Below are positions 1 through 8,353 of a stretch of 32,259 nt of DNA, in pieces. The DNA lies in NCBI GenBank assembly GCA_964466355.1, contig CAYXRH010000003.1, forward strand, positions 1 to 32,259. The letters are read 5' to 3'. Origin of the DNA: an uncultured Thermodesulfobacteriota bacterium. Lineage in GTDB: Bacteria > Desulfobacterota > Desulfarculia > G963662305. The notes below the pieces were generated by a model that did not search any database, was not told the origin of the DNA, and worked only from the letters and a program-made list of their open reading frames with translations. Made by a program: the position numbers and the translations under genes. Every line of letters starts with the position of its first letter. Within the stretch, counting starts at the first letter, position 1.

Positions 1-1
1 C

Positions 2-1465
2 ATCGCCACCCGCCAGGGCCACTCCATGGTCACGACCATCAAGACCGGCGTGGACCGCCGCGGTCAGGTCCTGGCCCGGGACATCACCTGTTACATGGAC
101 GGCGGGGCCTACTCCTCCACCGGGCCCATCGCCACCTCGGTGCCCTTTTTGTGCATGGAGCAGACCTACAAGCTGCCCAACGTGCGCTACAACGGCTACC
201 GAGTCTACACCAACAAGCCCATCCGGGGCATGATCCGCGTCCACGGCCGGGCCTTTGCCGTGGGCGTGGACACCCAGCTCGACCGGCTCGCCGAAGAACT
301 GGGCAAAGACCCAGCAGATGTCAGGCTCATAAACGCCCGTGACCCTGGGGAATACACCCCGACCAGGTCCCTTGTCCAGTCCTGCGGGCTCAAGGAGTGC
401 ATCCACCAGGCCATGGCCCGCGCCGGCTGGTCGGAAAAATATGGTAAATTGCCCAAGTGGCACGGAATCGGCCTGGGGACCAACTCGGTCCAGACCGGCT
501 TCCCCTTGGGCATCAGGGGCGGCTCCCAAGCCTTCATCAAATTCAACGAGGACGGCGGCGTGAGCGTCACCTCTGGGGTGGTGGATAACGGCCAAGGCAA
601 TGACATGATGCTCGTCACCATCGCCGCCGAGGAGCTGGGCCTGAGCGTGGCGGACGTGGAGCTCATCTCGGCCGACACCCAAGCCACGGCCAACGATCCC
701 GGGGCCTATTCCATGCAGTCCACCTTCACCGGCGGGCAGGCCGTGCGCCTGGCCGCCCAGGACGCCAAACGCCAACTCTGCGAGGTGGCGGCCGAGGCCC
801 TGGAGGCGAACGTCCAAGACCTGGTCGTCCAGGACCGCCGCGTCTTCATCAAGGGCAGCCCGGACAAAGCTCTGCCCTTGACCAAGGTGGTCAGGATGGC
901 CCTGATTCAAGGCCGGCCCATCATGGGCCGCGGCCACTTCGCCCCCCGGGTGGACCACGGCCGGGAATGGGTCTCCCGACCCGAGGGCCAACTCTCCGAA
1001 ACCTTTTCCTTTGGGGCCACCGTGGCCGAGGTGGAGGTGGACCCTGAAACGGGCATGGTCAAGGTCCTCGGCGTCGTGGCCGCCCAGGACTGCGGCCGGG
1101 CCTTGAACCCCATGATCGTCGAGGGCCAGTTCGAGGGCTCGGTGGCCATGGGCGGCCAGGGGGGCATGCTCACCGAAGCCCACCGCTGGTTCGAAGGGCG
1201 CGTCCTCAACCCCAGCCAACTGGAGTACAAGCTGCCCTTGGCCGGCGACATGCCGCCCATCGAGACCATCATCGTCGAAACAGTTGACCCCACCGGTCCT
1301 TACGGGGCCAAGGAGGCGGGCATGTCCATCGCCATGTCCGCGGCCCAGGCCTACGCCGCGGCCATCTGCAACGCCACCGGAATCTGGTTCAAAGACTACC
1401 CCCTCACCCCTGAAAAGATCCTCAAGGCCCTGGCCGAGAAAGCCAAGGCGGATAATGAGCCGTAA
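2..1465 (+). CDS. Molybdopterin-binding subunit of an aldehyde oxidoreductase / xanthine dehydrogenase family enzyme (C-terminal part, 5' end outside window)
   Basis: The frame is open from the window edge (phase from nt 2; track ORF 26..1465). The translation shows Mo-cofactor-domain blocks typical of this family: VVDNGQGNDMMLVTIAAEELG, DCGRALNPMIVEGQFEGS, GPYGAKEAGMS. Confidence 0.85.
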   Translation: MATRQGHSMVTTIKTGVDRRGQVLARDITCYMDGGAYSSTGPIATSVPFLCMEQTYKLPNVRYNGYRVYTNKPIRGMIRVHGRAFAVGVDTQLDRLAEELGKDPADVRLINARDPGEYTPTRSLVQSCGLKECIHQAMARAGWSEKYGKLPKWHGIGLGTNSVQTGFPLGIRGGSQAFIKFNEDGGVSVTSGVVDNGQGNDMMLVTIAAEELGLSVADVELISADTQATANDPGAYSMQSTFTGGQAVRLAAQDAKRQLCEVAAEALEANVQDLVVQDRRVFIKGSPDKALPLTKVVRMALIQGRPIMGRGHFAPRVDHGREWVSRPEGQLSETFSFGATVAEVEVDPETGMVKVLGVVAAQDCGRALNPMIVEGQFEGSVAMGGQGGMLTEAHRWFEGRVLNPSQLEYKLPLAGDMPPIETIIVETVDPTGPYGAKEAGMSIAMSAAQAYAAAICNATGIWFKDYPLTPEKILKALAEKAKADNEP

Positions 1466-1551
1466 GCTATTTTGCGTCTCGAAAATATGTTACTTTTTTC
1501 CGGGGCCCTTATAGAAAATATATTTCCCGGAGGGTGACTTAGGGGGTGCTC

Positions 1552-3033
1552 ATGCCTCGTCGTCTAGCTATTTTCGCCCTGGCCGGAATTCTGGTTTCGT
1601 CGGTCTTGGCCCAGCCTTTATGGGCCCTGACCGCGCCGCGCTTGAACAACAGCCCCAGTTGGGACGTGGTCGTCACCAACCCGCGGCCCCTCCTCACCTT
1701 TGGCAACGCCGCCGGCGGCCTCAACCCGCGAACCTACACCATCCAGCTCGACCGCAAGGAAAGCTTTGACTCGCCTGATTTGATCTCCTATGGCCGCCTG
1801 CCCGAGACGACCCCCTGGATCACCTCCAAGCGCCTCGCCGCCGCGGACGCTCTGAAGGACAACTCCCAATACTTCTGGCGGGTGCGGGCCGTGGACGCGG
1901 CCGGGGACAAAGGCCCGTGGGCTCAATCCCGCTTCTTCGTCGACACGCGCTCCGACGACGCCTTCATGAATCTGACCCGCGCGCCGGTGCGCCGCGTCGA
2001 GGTCTCCAGCGGCCAAAACCCTAAAAACATCACTGACCTCGACGACCCCGGCCAGGACACCTACTGGCGGGCCTCGCCGCCGGGGCCCGAGGTCCAGTGG
2101 GTCAGCCTCGATCTGGGTCAGACCCGCACCATATCTAGAATCTGGATGCTCTCCAACCCCCGAGGCCCCACCGGCTGGCTGAAGGATTTCGTGTGGCAGA
2201 TGAGCGATGATGAAAAAAATTGGCGCGACATCGCCGGGGCGAGGGTCAAGGGCAACGACACCTTCCGCAACATCATCGACTTCAAGCCTGTGGCGGCCCG
2301 CTATTTCAGATTGCGGATCACGGCCTGGCAGGGCTACTCGCCCTGGCTCAACGAACTGGTCCTCTACTCTCCAAGCCGGCCCTCGACGCCCCAGGCGCCC
2401 TTAGGAGACTACGTGCTGCTCGTGGGCAATCAGCGCAACGGCTTCACCTTCTCCCAGTTGGCCGCCTTCATCGCAGACCTGGACCTCGGCCTCAAGACCT
2501 TGAGCCTGCCCCACTACGAAGTCTCCCTGGCCATGTATGAGAGCCTGGCCCACAAGCCGAGAGCCATCATCCTCAGCGGCAACAACGCCAGCTACCAAAA
2601 CCTGCCCATGTTTGAATACAACGGCGAGTTCGAGCTAATCAGGGCCTGCCCGGCCCCCATTCTGGGCATCTGCTGCGGCCACCAGATGACCGTCATGGCC
2701 TATGGCTACACCTTTGTGCGGGGCATGGGCTGGGCTGACATCTCCAGCCTCAGGGATTTCAAGAGCCAGACTCGGATCAGAATCAAAAAGAACGATCCCC
2801 TCTTGGCCGGTCTGCCCGACCCCTTCATCGCCCCTGAGATCCACGGCTGCGCCGTGGCCGAGCTGCCCCGCGATTACGAAGTCCTGGCCGCCTCGACCTA
2901 CGTCCAGGTCATCAAGAGCCAAACGAAGATGCTTTACGGAGTCCAGTTCCACCCCGAAATCGCCTCGGCCCACAACCAGGCCCGGGCCTTGATCCGCCAC
3001 TTCCTGGACCTGGCCTTGGCCCAGACCAGGTGA
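1552..3033 (+). CDS. Predicted exported multidomain protein: signal peptide + Fn3-like module + F5/8 type C (discoidin)-like domain + C-terminal class-I glutamine amidotransferase-like (GATase1 / peptidase C26-like) domain
   Basis: Track ORF 1546..3033. ATG 1552 lies 5 nt after AGGGGG (1541-1546); GTG 1546 is an alternative start. The N-terminus MPRRLAIFALAGILVSSVLAQPLWA looks like a Sec signal peptide. YFWRVRAVDAAGDKGPW is Fn3-like. YWRASPPGPEVQWVSLDLGQTRTISRIWM...ARYFRLRI resembles a discoidin domain. The C-terminus has the GATase1 nucleophile elbow ILGICCGHQM and the His/Glu motif GVQFHPE. Confidence 0.8.
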   Translation: MPRRLAIFALAGILVSSVLAQPLWALTAPRLNNSPSWDVVVTNPRPLLTFGNAAGGLNPRTYTIQLDRKESFDSPDLISYGRLPETTPWITSKRLAAADALKDNSQYFWRVRAVDAAGDKGPWAQSRFFVDTRSDDAFMNLTRAPVRRVEVSSGQNPKNITDLDDPGQDTYWRASPPGPEVQWVSLDLGQTRTISRIWMLSNPRGPTGWLKDFVWQMSDDEKNWRDIAGARVKGNDTFRNIIDFKPVAARYFRLRITAWQGYSPWLNELVLYSPSRPSTPQAPLGDYVLLVGNQRNGFTFSQLAAFIADLDLGLKTLSLPHYEVSLAMYESLAHKPRAIILSGNNASYQNLPMFEYNGEFELIRACPAPILGICCGHQMTVMAYGYTFVRGMGWADISSLRDFKSQTRIRIKKNDPLLAGLPDPFIAPEIHGCAVAELPRDYEVLAASTYVQVIKSQTKMLYGVQFHPEIASAHNQARALIRHFLDLALAQTR

Positions 3034-3093
3034 TGCGAGACTGCGGCGAAACCACACTTTGGTTCGAGGAGCAAGCGGACGAGGAGCAATTTG

Positions 3094-3516
3094 ATGAAAG
3101 CCAAGCAAATCGATCACATCTGCATCGCCGTCGAGGATCTTGAAGTGGCCAAGAAGGCCTACGAAGAGACCCTCGGCCTGGAAAACCCCATCGAATACGC
3201 GGCCGAGAGCGAGAAGATAAGGGTGGCCCGCTATTATGTCGGCCAGGTCGCCCTGGAGCTGATGGAGGACCTCGACGGCCGCGGCGAAGTGGCCAAGTTC
3301 CTGAGGCAAAAAGGTGAAGGGGTCTTTCTCATCTCCTACCGCGTCGACGACGTGGAAGAGGGTTTGAGAGAGCTGAAAACCAAAGGAATCAAGACCATCG
3401 ATGACAAGCCACGCCATCTCTTCGGCAACCGCTACGCCTTTGTCCAGCCCCCCAAGCGACTTGGCGGCGTGCTGACCGAAATCCTCGACGGCCGGTTCCG
3501 ACCGCCCCGGAATTAA
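3094..3516 (+). CDS. VOC (glyoxalase/dioxygenase) superfamily protein, methylmalonyl-CoA epimerase-like
   Basis: Track ORF 3091..3516. ATG 3094 lies 7 nt after GAGGAG (3081-3086). N-terminal IDHICIAVEDLEVAKKAYEETLGL and C-terminal GGVLTEILD match the epimerase-like VOC pattern. The usual HH dyad before RVDD reads FL here (GVFLISYRVDD), so the epimerase assignment is tentative. Confidence 0.75.
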   Translation: MKAKQIDHICIAVEDLEVAKKAYEETLGLENPIEYAAESEKIRVARYYVGQVALELMEDLDGRGEVAKFLRQKGEGVFLISYRVDDVEEGLRELKTKGIKTIDDKPRHLFGNRYAFVQPPKRLGGVLTEILDGRFRPPRN

Positions 3517-3529
3517 GCCCCTCTAGCCC

Positions 3530-3557
3530 TTGACAGGTGGATTTTTGCGGGTAGGCT
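3530..3557 (+). promoter_or_regulatory. Candidate sigma70 promoter for the Rrf2 regulator gene
   Basis: TTGACA (3530-3535), 16-nt spacer, TAGGCT (3552-3557). The -10 is weak. Confidence 0.35.
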
Positions 3558-3601
3558 TACTAATAGAGTTTCGCGCGGGGTTCATCTCAAAGGGGGACTG
3601 G

Positions 3602-4033
3602 TTGCTGAGGCTGACCAAGGCCGGAGAATACGCCATCAGGGCGGTGGTTTTCATGGCCATCCAGCCTGAAGGATGCCTCAGCCAGCGCGAAAACGTCTCC
3701 CAAGCCCAAGGCATTCCCTTGAGCTTTTTGTCCAAGATCCTCCAACGCCTCACTGTGGCCGGCCTCGTCCGGTCCTACAAGGGGGCCGCGGGTGGTTTTG
3801 CCTTGGCTCGACCGGCGGAGGACATAACCGTCCTCGAAGTGGTCAAAGCCGTGGAAGGGCCTCTGGCCCTCAACGCCTGCCTCTTTGACCAAACCGAGTG
3901 TCACAACCAGCCCACGTGCCCCATGCACAAGATCTGGCGTCAGTGCCAGGAAAAATTAGAGGCCACCTTAAGCCAGGTCACCTTTGCTCACCTCGCCTCC
4001 CGCTGGCCTGACAACGGCAGCGGGCCGAGCTGA
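3602..4033 (+). CDS. Rrf2 family transcriptional regulator (IscR/NsrR-like, three-Cys cluster motif)
   Basis: Track ORF 3530..4033. Family-typical N-terminus (M)LRLTKAGEYAIRAVVFMA begins at TTG 3602, preceded by AAGGGGGA. GGFALARPAEDITVLEVVKAVEGP and CLFDQTECHNQPTCPMH (C-x7-C-x5-C) fit Fe-S-binding Rrf2 proteins. Confidence 0.85.
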   Translation: MLRLTKAGEYAIRAVVFMAIQPEGCLSQRENVSQAQGIPLSFLSKILQRLTVAGLVRSYKGAAGGFALARPAEDITVLEVVKAVEGPLALNACLFDQTECHNQPTCPMHKIWRQCQEKLEATLSQVTFAHLASRWPDNGSGPS

Positions 4034-4083
4034 TCCTCGCCAAAGCCAACGCTCTCTCATTTTAGGATTGAGGGCCTCGGGCC

Positions 4084-4842
4084 TCAGGTCATGTCGCTCG
4101 GATTCAGTTTCTCGGTGAGCACGCGTCTGAGGTCCTGGTCGCGAACCTCGACCAGGACCTGGCCGAGCAGCTCGCGCCGCTCAGTCTCGCCGGCTTCGAG
4201 GCGGGCGACGACCTCGTCCACGACTGAATGGAGCTTCTCAAGGGGCAGGTTGATTCGGGGAGAGGGCTGGTCAGGGACTGGCTCGGCCGGGCCGGTCGAG
4301 GGCCAGAAGCGGTCGATGACGGCCTGAACCTTGGCCTGGTCCTGGGCCAGTTGCTCCGCTCCGGCCTCCCGGAGGTCCTTGACGGCCAAGAGAGCCTTCT
4401 CCACTTCGGCCAAGGCCTCGTTCACCTGATCCAGCCGCTGTCTCAGGTCGGCCATGAAGGCCTCCATCTCTTGAGCCTGTCCAGAGAGCTCTTCTTCCAA
4501 AAAGCTGATTTTACGCTCCTTCTCGTCCAGGATGGCCCGGAAGCGGACCACATCCTCCATCTCCTCGGCGCCCTCGGGGTAGCGGGAGGCGTAGGCGCTC
4601 AAAATGGCCTCCAGGCCGGCCTGGGCCACGGCCGTGGCCTCGAGTTGATCCTTGAGATAGCGGCAGGTCTCGGTCACTTTGGCCAGAAATGGCTCCACGC
4701 TTCTGAAGGCGCCGTCGGCGGTCTCGAGGCTGACCGTGACCGCCTCGACCAGTCCGGCCAGCTTGCGGCCCCGCGCGGACAACTCATCCTCGACCACAAT
4801 CCCTCCTACACTTTTTGTTGATTCTGTTACAATAAACACCAC
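4084..4842 (-). CDS. Hypothetical coiled-coil protein
   Basis: Track ORF of 252 aa. It is rich in heptad-like E/A/L/Q segments (EEELSGQAQEMEAFMADLRQRLDQVNEALAEVEKALLAVKDLREAGAEQLAQDQAKVQ), followed by a Pro-rich linker and a second helical part. I recognise no family motif. A more likely start is the in-frame GTG at 4797, 3 nt after AGGAGGG on the minus strand. Confidence 0.55.
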   Translation of the reverse strand: MVFIVTESTKSVGGIVVEDELSARGRKLAGLVEAVTVSLETADGAFRSVEPFLAKVTETCRYLKDQLEATAVAQAGLEAILSAYASRYPEGAEEMEDVVRFRAILDEKERKISFLEEELSGQAQEMEAFMADLRQRLDQVNEALAEVEKALLAVKDLREAGAEQLAQDQAKVQAVIDRFWPSTGPAEPVPDQPSPRINLPLEKLHSVVDEVVARLEAGETERRELLGQVLVEVRDQDLRRVLTEKLNPSDMT

Positions 4843-5015
4843 AAGGTCAAGGGAAAAATAAATATTGCTTTTGATATGGCACTTAATATTGTGGCTGAAT
4901 AAATCTCATTCACTACATCAAGCGTTTGATCCGCCAGGCGGCCTCTCGGGTCTGGGTGCTTCCTCATCAAAGACCAGGGCGCCGCCAAGGCCCGCCGGCT
5001 CAGGAAAGAACAATG

Positions 5016-5044
5016 TTGACAACCATCTTGGGGGCTGGTATTTA
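5016..5044 (+). promoter_or_regulatory. Sigma70-type promoter for tRNA-Val
   Basis: TTGACA (5016-5021), 17-nt spacer, TATTTA (5039-5044). The mature tRNA 5' end is 15 nt downstream. Confidence 0.6.
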
Positions 5045-5059
5045 GGGCCTTGTTTTTTT

Positions 5060-5134
5060 AGGCGCGTAGCTCAGGGGGAGAGCGCTACCCTGACACGGTA
5101 GAGGTCCCGAGTTCAAATCTCGGCGCGCCTACCA
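5060..5134 (+). tRNA. tRNA-Val (anticodon GAC)
   Basis: Manual cloverleaf. Acceptor AGGCGCG/CGCGCCT. D arm GCTC-AGGGGGA-GAGC. Anticodon stem CTACC/GGTAG with loop CTGACAC. T arm CCGAG-TTCAAAT-CTCGG. Discriminator A and an encoded CCA. Confidence 0.95.
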
Positions 5135-5232
5135 GGAGCCATCTGGTTTGAATTGAGCATCGTCGGCTTTGGGGCGGGGCGCTGAGCGGTCTTGTCCGCC
5201 GGTGCCTTTATCATTGGTGGGAGTTTTTTGCG

Positions 5233-7140
5233 GTGAGCATCCGCGTCACATTGCCCGAGGGCGAAGAGGTTCTGGTCCCCCCTGGCGCCGAAGCGGGGCG
5301 GATTCTGGCCGAACACTTCGGCGGTCAAGCTTTGGCGGCCAAGATAGACGGCCGCCTGGTGGATCTGTCCACCCGCCTGGAGAGCGACGCCCGGCTGGAG
5401 CCCGTGACCGCGGCCAGCCCCGAGGGCCTGGAGATCATGCGCCACTCCACCTCCCACATCATGGCCCAGGCGGTCAAGAGCCTCTTTCCTGAGGCCAAGG
5501 TGACCATCGGTCCGGCGGTGGAGAACGGCTTTTACTACGATTTTGACATCGACCGCCCCTTCAGGCTCGAGGACCTGCCCCGCATCGAAGCCAAGATGGC
5601 TGAAATCATCAAAGCTGACCTGCCCTTTGTCCGGGAAGAGGTCTCCTCCAAGCAAGCGGTCGAGAAGTTCGCCGCCCTCAACGAAAACTACAAGGTCGAG
5701 CTGATCAAGGACCTGGGCCTGGCCGAGGACGAGAAAGTCTCCCTCTACACCCAGGGCCAGTTCACCGACCTCTGCCGCGGGCCGCATCTGCCCTCCACTG
5801 GCGTGGTGAAGGCCTTCAAGCTCACCTCAGTGGCCGGAGCCTACTGGCGCGGCGACGAACGCAACAAGATGCTCCAAAGAATCTACGGCACGGCCTTCTT
5901 TGATCCGGGCCAGCTGGAATCCTATCTCCACAATCTAGAGGAGGCCAAGCGCCGCGACCACCGCAAGCTGGGCCGGGAGCTGGATTTGTTCAGCTTCCAC
6001 GAGGAGATCGGCCCAGGCATGGTCGTCTGGCATCCCAAAGGGGCCCGCCTGAGGATGATCATCGAAGACCACGAGAAAAAATGGCATCTCCAGCGCGGCT
6101 ACGAGATCGTCATCGGACCCCAGCTTTTGAAGAATGAGCTGTGGGAGCGCTCGGGACACTTTGACAACTACCGCGAGCACATGTACTTCACCTCCATCGA
6201 CGGCGTGGACTACGGCGTCAAGCCCATGAACTGCCTGGCTCACATGCTCATCTTCAAGTCCCGGAAGCGCTCCTACCGCGAAATGCCCCAACGCTACTTT
6301 GAACTGGGGGTCGTCCACCGCCACGAGAAATCCGGCGTGCTCCACGGCCTGCCCCGGGTGCGCCAGTTCACTCAGGACGACGCCCACATCCTGTGCACCC
6401 CGGAGCAGGTCAACGCCGAGATCAAGGCCATCCTCGAGCTGGAGGCGGACATGATGGCGGTCTTCGGCTTTGATTACCGGCTGGAGCTCTCCACCCGCCC
6501 CGAGAAGTCCATCGGCTCGGACGAGGACTGGGAGTTGGCCACCACGGCCTTAAAAGAGGCCTTGGAGGACATGGGCCTGGGCTTTCGAGTCAACGAGGGC
6601 GACGGCGCCTTCTACGGCCCCAAAATCGACCTCCATCTGACCGACGCCCTGGGTCGAAGCTGGCAGACGGGCACCATCCAGTGCGACTTCACCTTGCCCG
6701 AACGCTTCGATTTGACCTATATTGGACCAGATGGCCAGGAGCACCGGCCGATCATGCTCCACCGGACCATTTTAGGCTCGCTGGAGAGGTTCATTGGCAT
6801 CCTCATCGAGCATCACGCCGGCGCCTTCCCGGTCTGGCTGGCCCCGGTTCAGGCCGCGGTCTTGTCCGTGACCGACCGGGCCATCGAGCACTGCCGGCGG
6901 GTCCATCAGGTTCTGGATGAGACCGGGGTGCGGGTGGAGCTGGACGTGCGAAACGAAAAGCTGGGCTACAAGATCAGGGAGGCCCAACTGCAAAAGATGC
7001 CCTACATGCTGGTCGTCGGGGATAGAGAAGTGACGGCCGGCACAGTGGCGGTGAGGACCAGGGACCGTCAGGACTTGGGGCCGTTTGAAATCGAGGCCGT
7101 GGCCGACAAGATCCTGGCTGAATCCCAGGTGACCATTTGA
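5233..7140 (+). CDS. thrS: Threonine--tRNA ligase
   Basis: 635-aa ORF with a GTG start after GGTGGGAG. It has a TGS-like N-terminus, the editing-domain [10 protein letters not shown], class II core motifs ([44 protein letters not shown]) and an anticodon-binding C-terminus. The conserved thrS-infC-rpmI-rplT synteny supports the call. Confidence 0.97.
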   Translation: MSIRVTLPEGEEVLVPPGAEAGRILAEHFGGQALAAKIDGRLVDLSTRLESDARLEPVTAASPEGLEIMRHSTSHIMAQAVKSLFPEAKVTIGPAVENGFYYDFDIDRPFRLEDLPRIEAKMAEIIKADLPFVREEVSSKQAVEKFAALNENYKVELIKDLGLAEDEKVSLYTQGQFTDLCRGPHLPSTGVVKAFKLTSVAGAYWRGDERNKMLQRIYGTAFFDPGQLESYLHNLEEAKRRDHRKLGRELDLFSFHEEIGPGMVVWHPKGARLRMIIEDHEKKWHLQRGYEIVIGPQLLKNELWERSGHFDNYREHMYFTSIDGVDYGVKPMNCLAHMLIFKSRKRSYREMPQRYFELGVVHRHEKSGVLHGLPRVRQFTQDDAHILCTPEQVNAEIKAILELEADMMAVFGFDYRLELSTRPEKSIGSDEDWELATTALKEALEDMGLGFRVNEGDGAFYGPKIDLHLTDALGRSWQTGTIQCDFTLPERFDLTYIGPDGQEHRPIMLHRTILGSLERFIGILIEHHAGAFPVWLAPVQAAVLSVTDRAIEHCRRVHQVLDETGVRVELDVRNEKLGYKIREAQLQKMPYMLVVGDREVTAGTVAVRTRDRQDLGPFEIEAVADKILAESQVTI

Positions 7141-7180
7141 GGGGGCGGGGCTTCGGCCCGACAACAAGAGAGGTGCCAGC

Positions 7181-7699
7181 ATAGCTGAACGAAGAATTTG
7201 GATCAACGATCAGATCAGGGCCCGGGAAGTCCGACTCATCGGGCAGGACGGCGCGCAACTGGGCATCATGCCCTTGAACCAAGCCCTGAACGTGGCCCGG
7301 GACGAGGGTCTGGATCTGGTCGAGGTCGCTCCGGACGCGGAGCCGCCGGTTTGTCGGGTCATGGATTATGGCCGCTACAAGTACCTTCAGGCCAAAAAGA
7401 GCCAGGAGGCCCGACGCAAATCCAGCCAGGTGACCTTGAAGGAGGTCAAGATCCGGCCCAAGACCGAAGAGCACGACCTTCAGGTCAAGATGAAGAGGGC
7501 CCGCAAGTTTTTAGAGCAGGGCAATCGCCTCAAGATCTCGATGATGTTTCGGGGCCGCGAGATGGCTTACACGGATCGGGGGCGGGACCTGCTGGTCGCT
7601 TTCGCCGAGCAGCTAGAGGATTTGGGTCAGGCCGAGAGCACCCCCCGTCTGGAGGGACGGTTCATGAGCCTGATCATGGCCCCCAGATCCAGCAACTGA
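7181..7699 (+). CDS. infC: Translation initiation factor IF-3 (non-canonical start codon required)
   Basis: Track ORF 7268..7699 begins at the first ATG. The same frame upstream reads IAERRIWINDQIRAREVRLIGQDGAQLGI, the conserved IF-3 N-terminal domain. There is no ATG, GTG or TTG between the thrS stop (7140) and 7268. Candidate starts are ATA 7181 (5 nt after AGAGAGGTG) and ATT 7196. Confidence 0.85.
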   Translation: MAERRIWINDQIRAREVRLIGQDGAQLGIMPLNQALNVARDEGLDLVEVAPDAEPPVCRVMDYGRYKYLQAKKSQEARRKSSQVTLKEVKIRPKTEEHDLQVKMKRARKFLEQGNRLKISMMFRGREMAYTDRGRDLLVAFAEQLEDLGQAESTPRLEGRFMSLIMAPRSSN

Positions 7700-7760
7700 A
7701 CCCGGCCTCGCGGGGCGACCAAAGGCCTGATGGAGAGAGGTTGAGAGGAGAAGTTTCGCC

Positions 7761-7958
7761 ATGCCCAAGCTGAAAACCAATCGTGGCGCGGCCAAGCGTT
7801 TCAAGCTCACGGCCAGGGGGCTAGTGAAGCACAAGAAATGCAGCCACAGCCACATCCTGACCAAAAAAACGACCAAGCGCAAAAGACGGCTCAGAAAAGC
7901 GACGCTCATCAATGCCGCTGATCGACGCTCCGTCAGGCGTTTGATGCCTTACGGCTGA
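7761..7958 (+). CDS. rpmI: 50S ribosomal protein L35
   Basis: 65 aa, [20 protein letters not shown]..., highly basic. GAGAGGAGAAG SD lies upstream. Located between infC and rplT. Confidence 0.95.
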   Translation: MPKLKTNRGAAKRFKLTARGLVKHKKCSHSHILTKKTTKRKRRLRKATLINAADRRSVRRLMPYG

Positions 7959-7981
7959 GGGATTCGAGGAGATAAGGAAAA

Positions 7982-8341
7982 ATGTCCAGAGTAAAAGGAG
8001 CGTCGGCCAAGAGTCGCAAGGTCGCCAAGGCCATAAAAGAGGCCAAGGGCTTCTGGGGCTCGCGGAAAAACCTGAGCCGCATCGCTCAGGAAAGCGTCGA
8101 TCGGGCCCGGAAGTATGCTTACCGTGACCGACGCCAGCGCAAGCGACAGATGCGGCGGCTTTGGATCACCCGCATCAACGCCGCGGCCAGATTGAACGAC
8201 ATGACCTACTCTCGACTGGTCGCCGGGCTCAAGGCGGCCGAGATCGAGATTGACCGCAAAATTCTGGCCGATTTGGCGGTCAAAGATCCGGCTAATTTCA
8301 GCCGTCTGGCCGCCGAGGCCAAGCAGGCCCTCGAGGCCTAA
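7982..8341 (+). CDS. rplT: 50S ribosomal protein L20
   Basis: 119 aa containing [26 protein letters not shown] and [10 protein letters not shown]. Conserved position after rpmI. Confidence 0.95.
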   Translation: MSRVKGASAKSRKVAKAIKEAKGFWGSRKNLSRIAQESVDRARKYAYRDRRQRKRQMRRLWITRINAAARLNDMTYSRLVAGLKAAEIEIDRKILADLAVKDPANFSRLAAEAKQALEA

Positions 8342-8353
8342 ATAAGCCTTTCG

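Noticed and set aside
4877-4893. Sigma54-like element TGGCAC-N-TTGTG upstream of tRNA-Val
   Set aside because: The spacing between the GG and the would-be GC element is one nt too long. The -12 element reads GT, not GC. It points toward a tRNA that already has a near-consensus sigma70 promoter, and no enhancer-binding-protein gene is nearby.
5135-5232. Possible T-box or operator-type leader upstream of thrS
   Set aside because: At 98 nt it is too short for a T-box. I could find no specifier or T-box sequence and no clear terminator/antiterminator pair. Only weak GC stems are present.
5113-5787. 224-aa minus-strand ORF overlapping the 3' end of tRNA-Val and the start of thrS
   Set aside because: It overlaps a well-folded tRNA and the conserved thrS N-terminus, has no SD, and reads as a low-complexity shadow frame. 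The + ORF 4865..5101 is rejected likewise because it runs into the tRNA.
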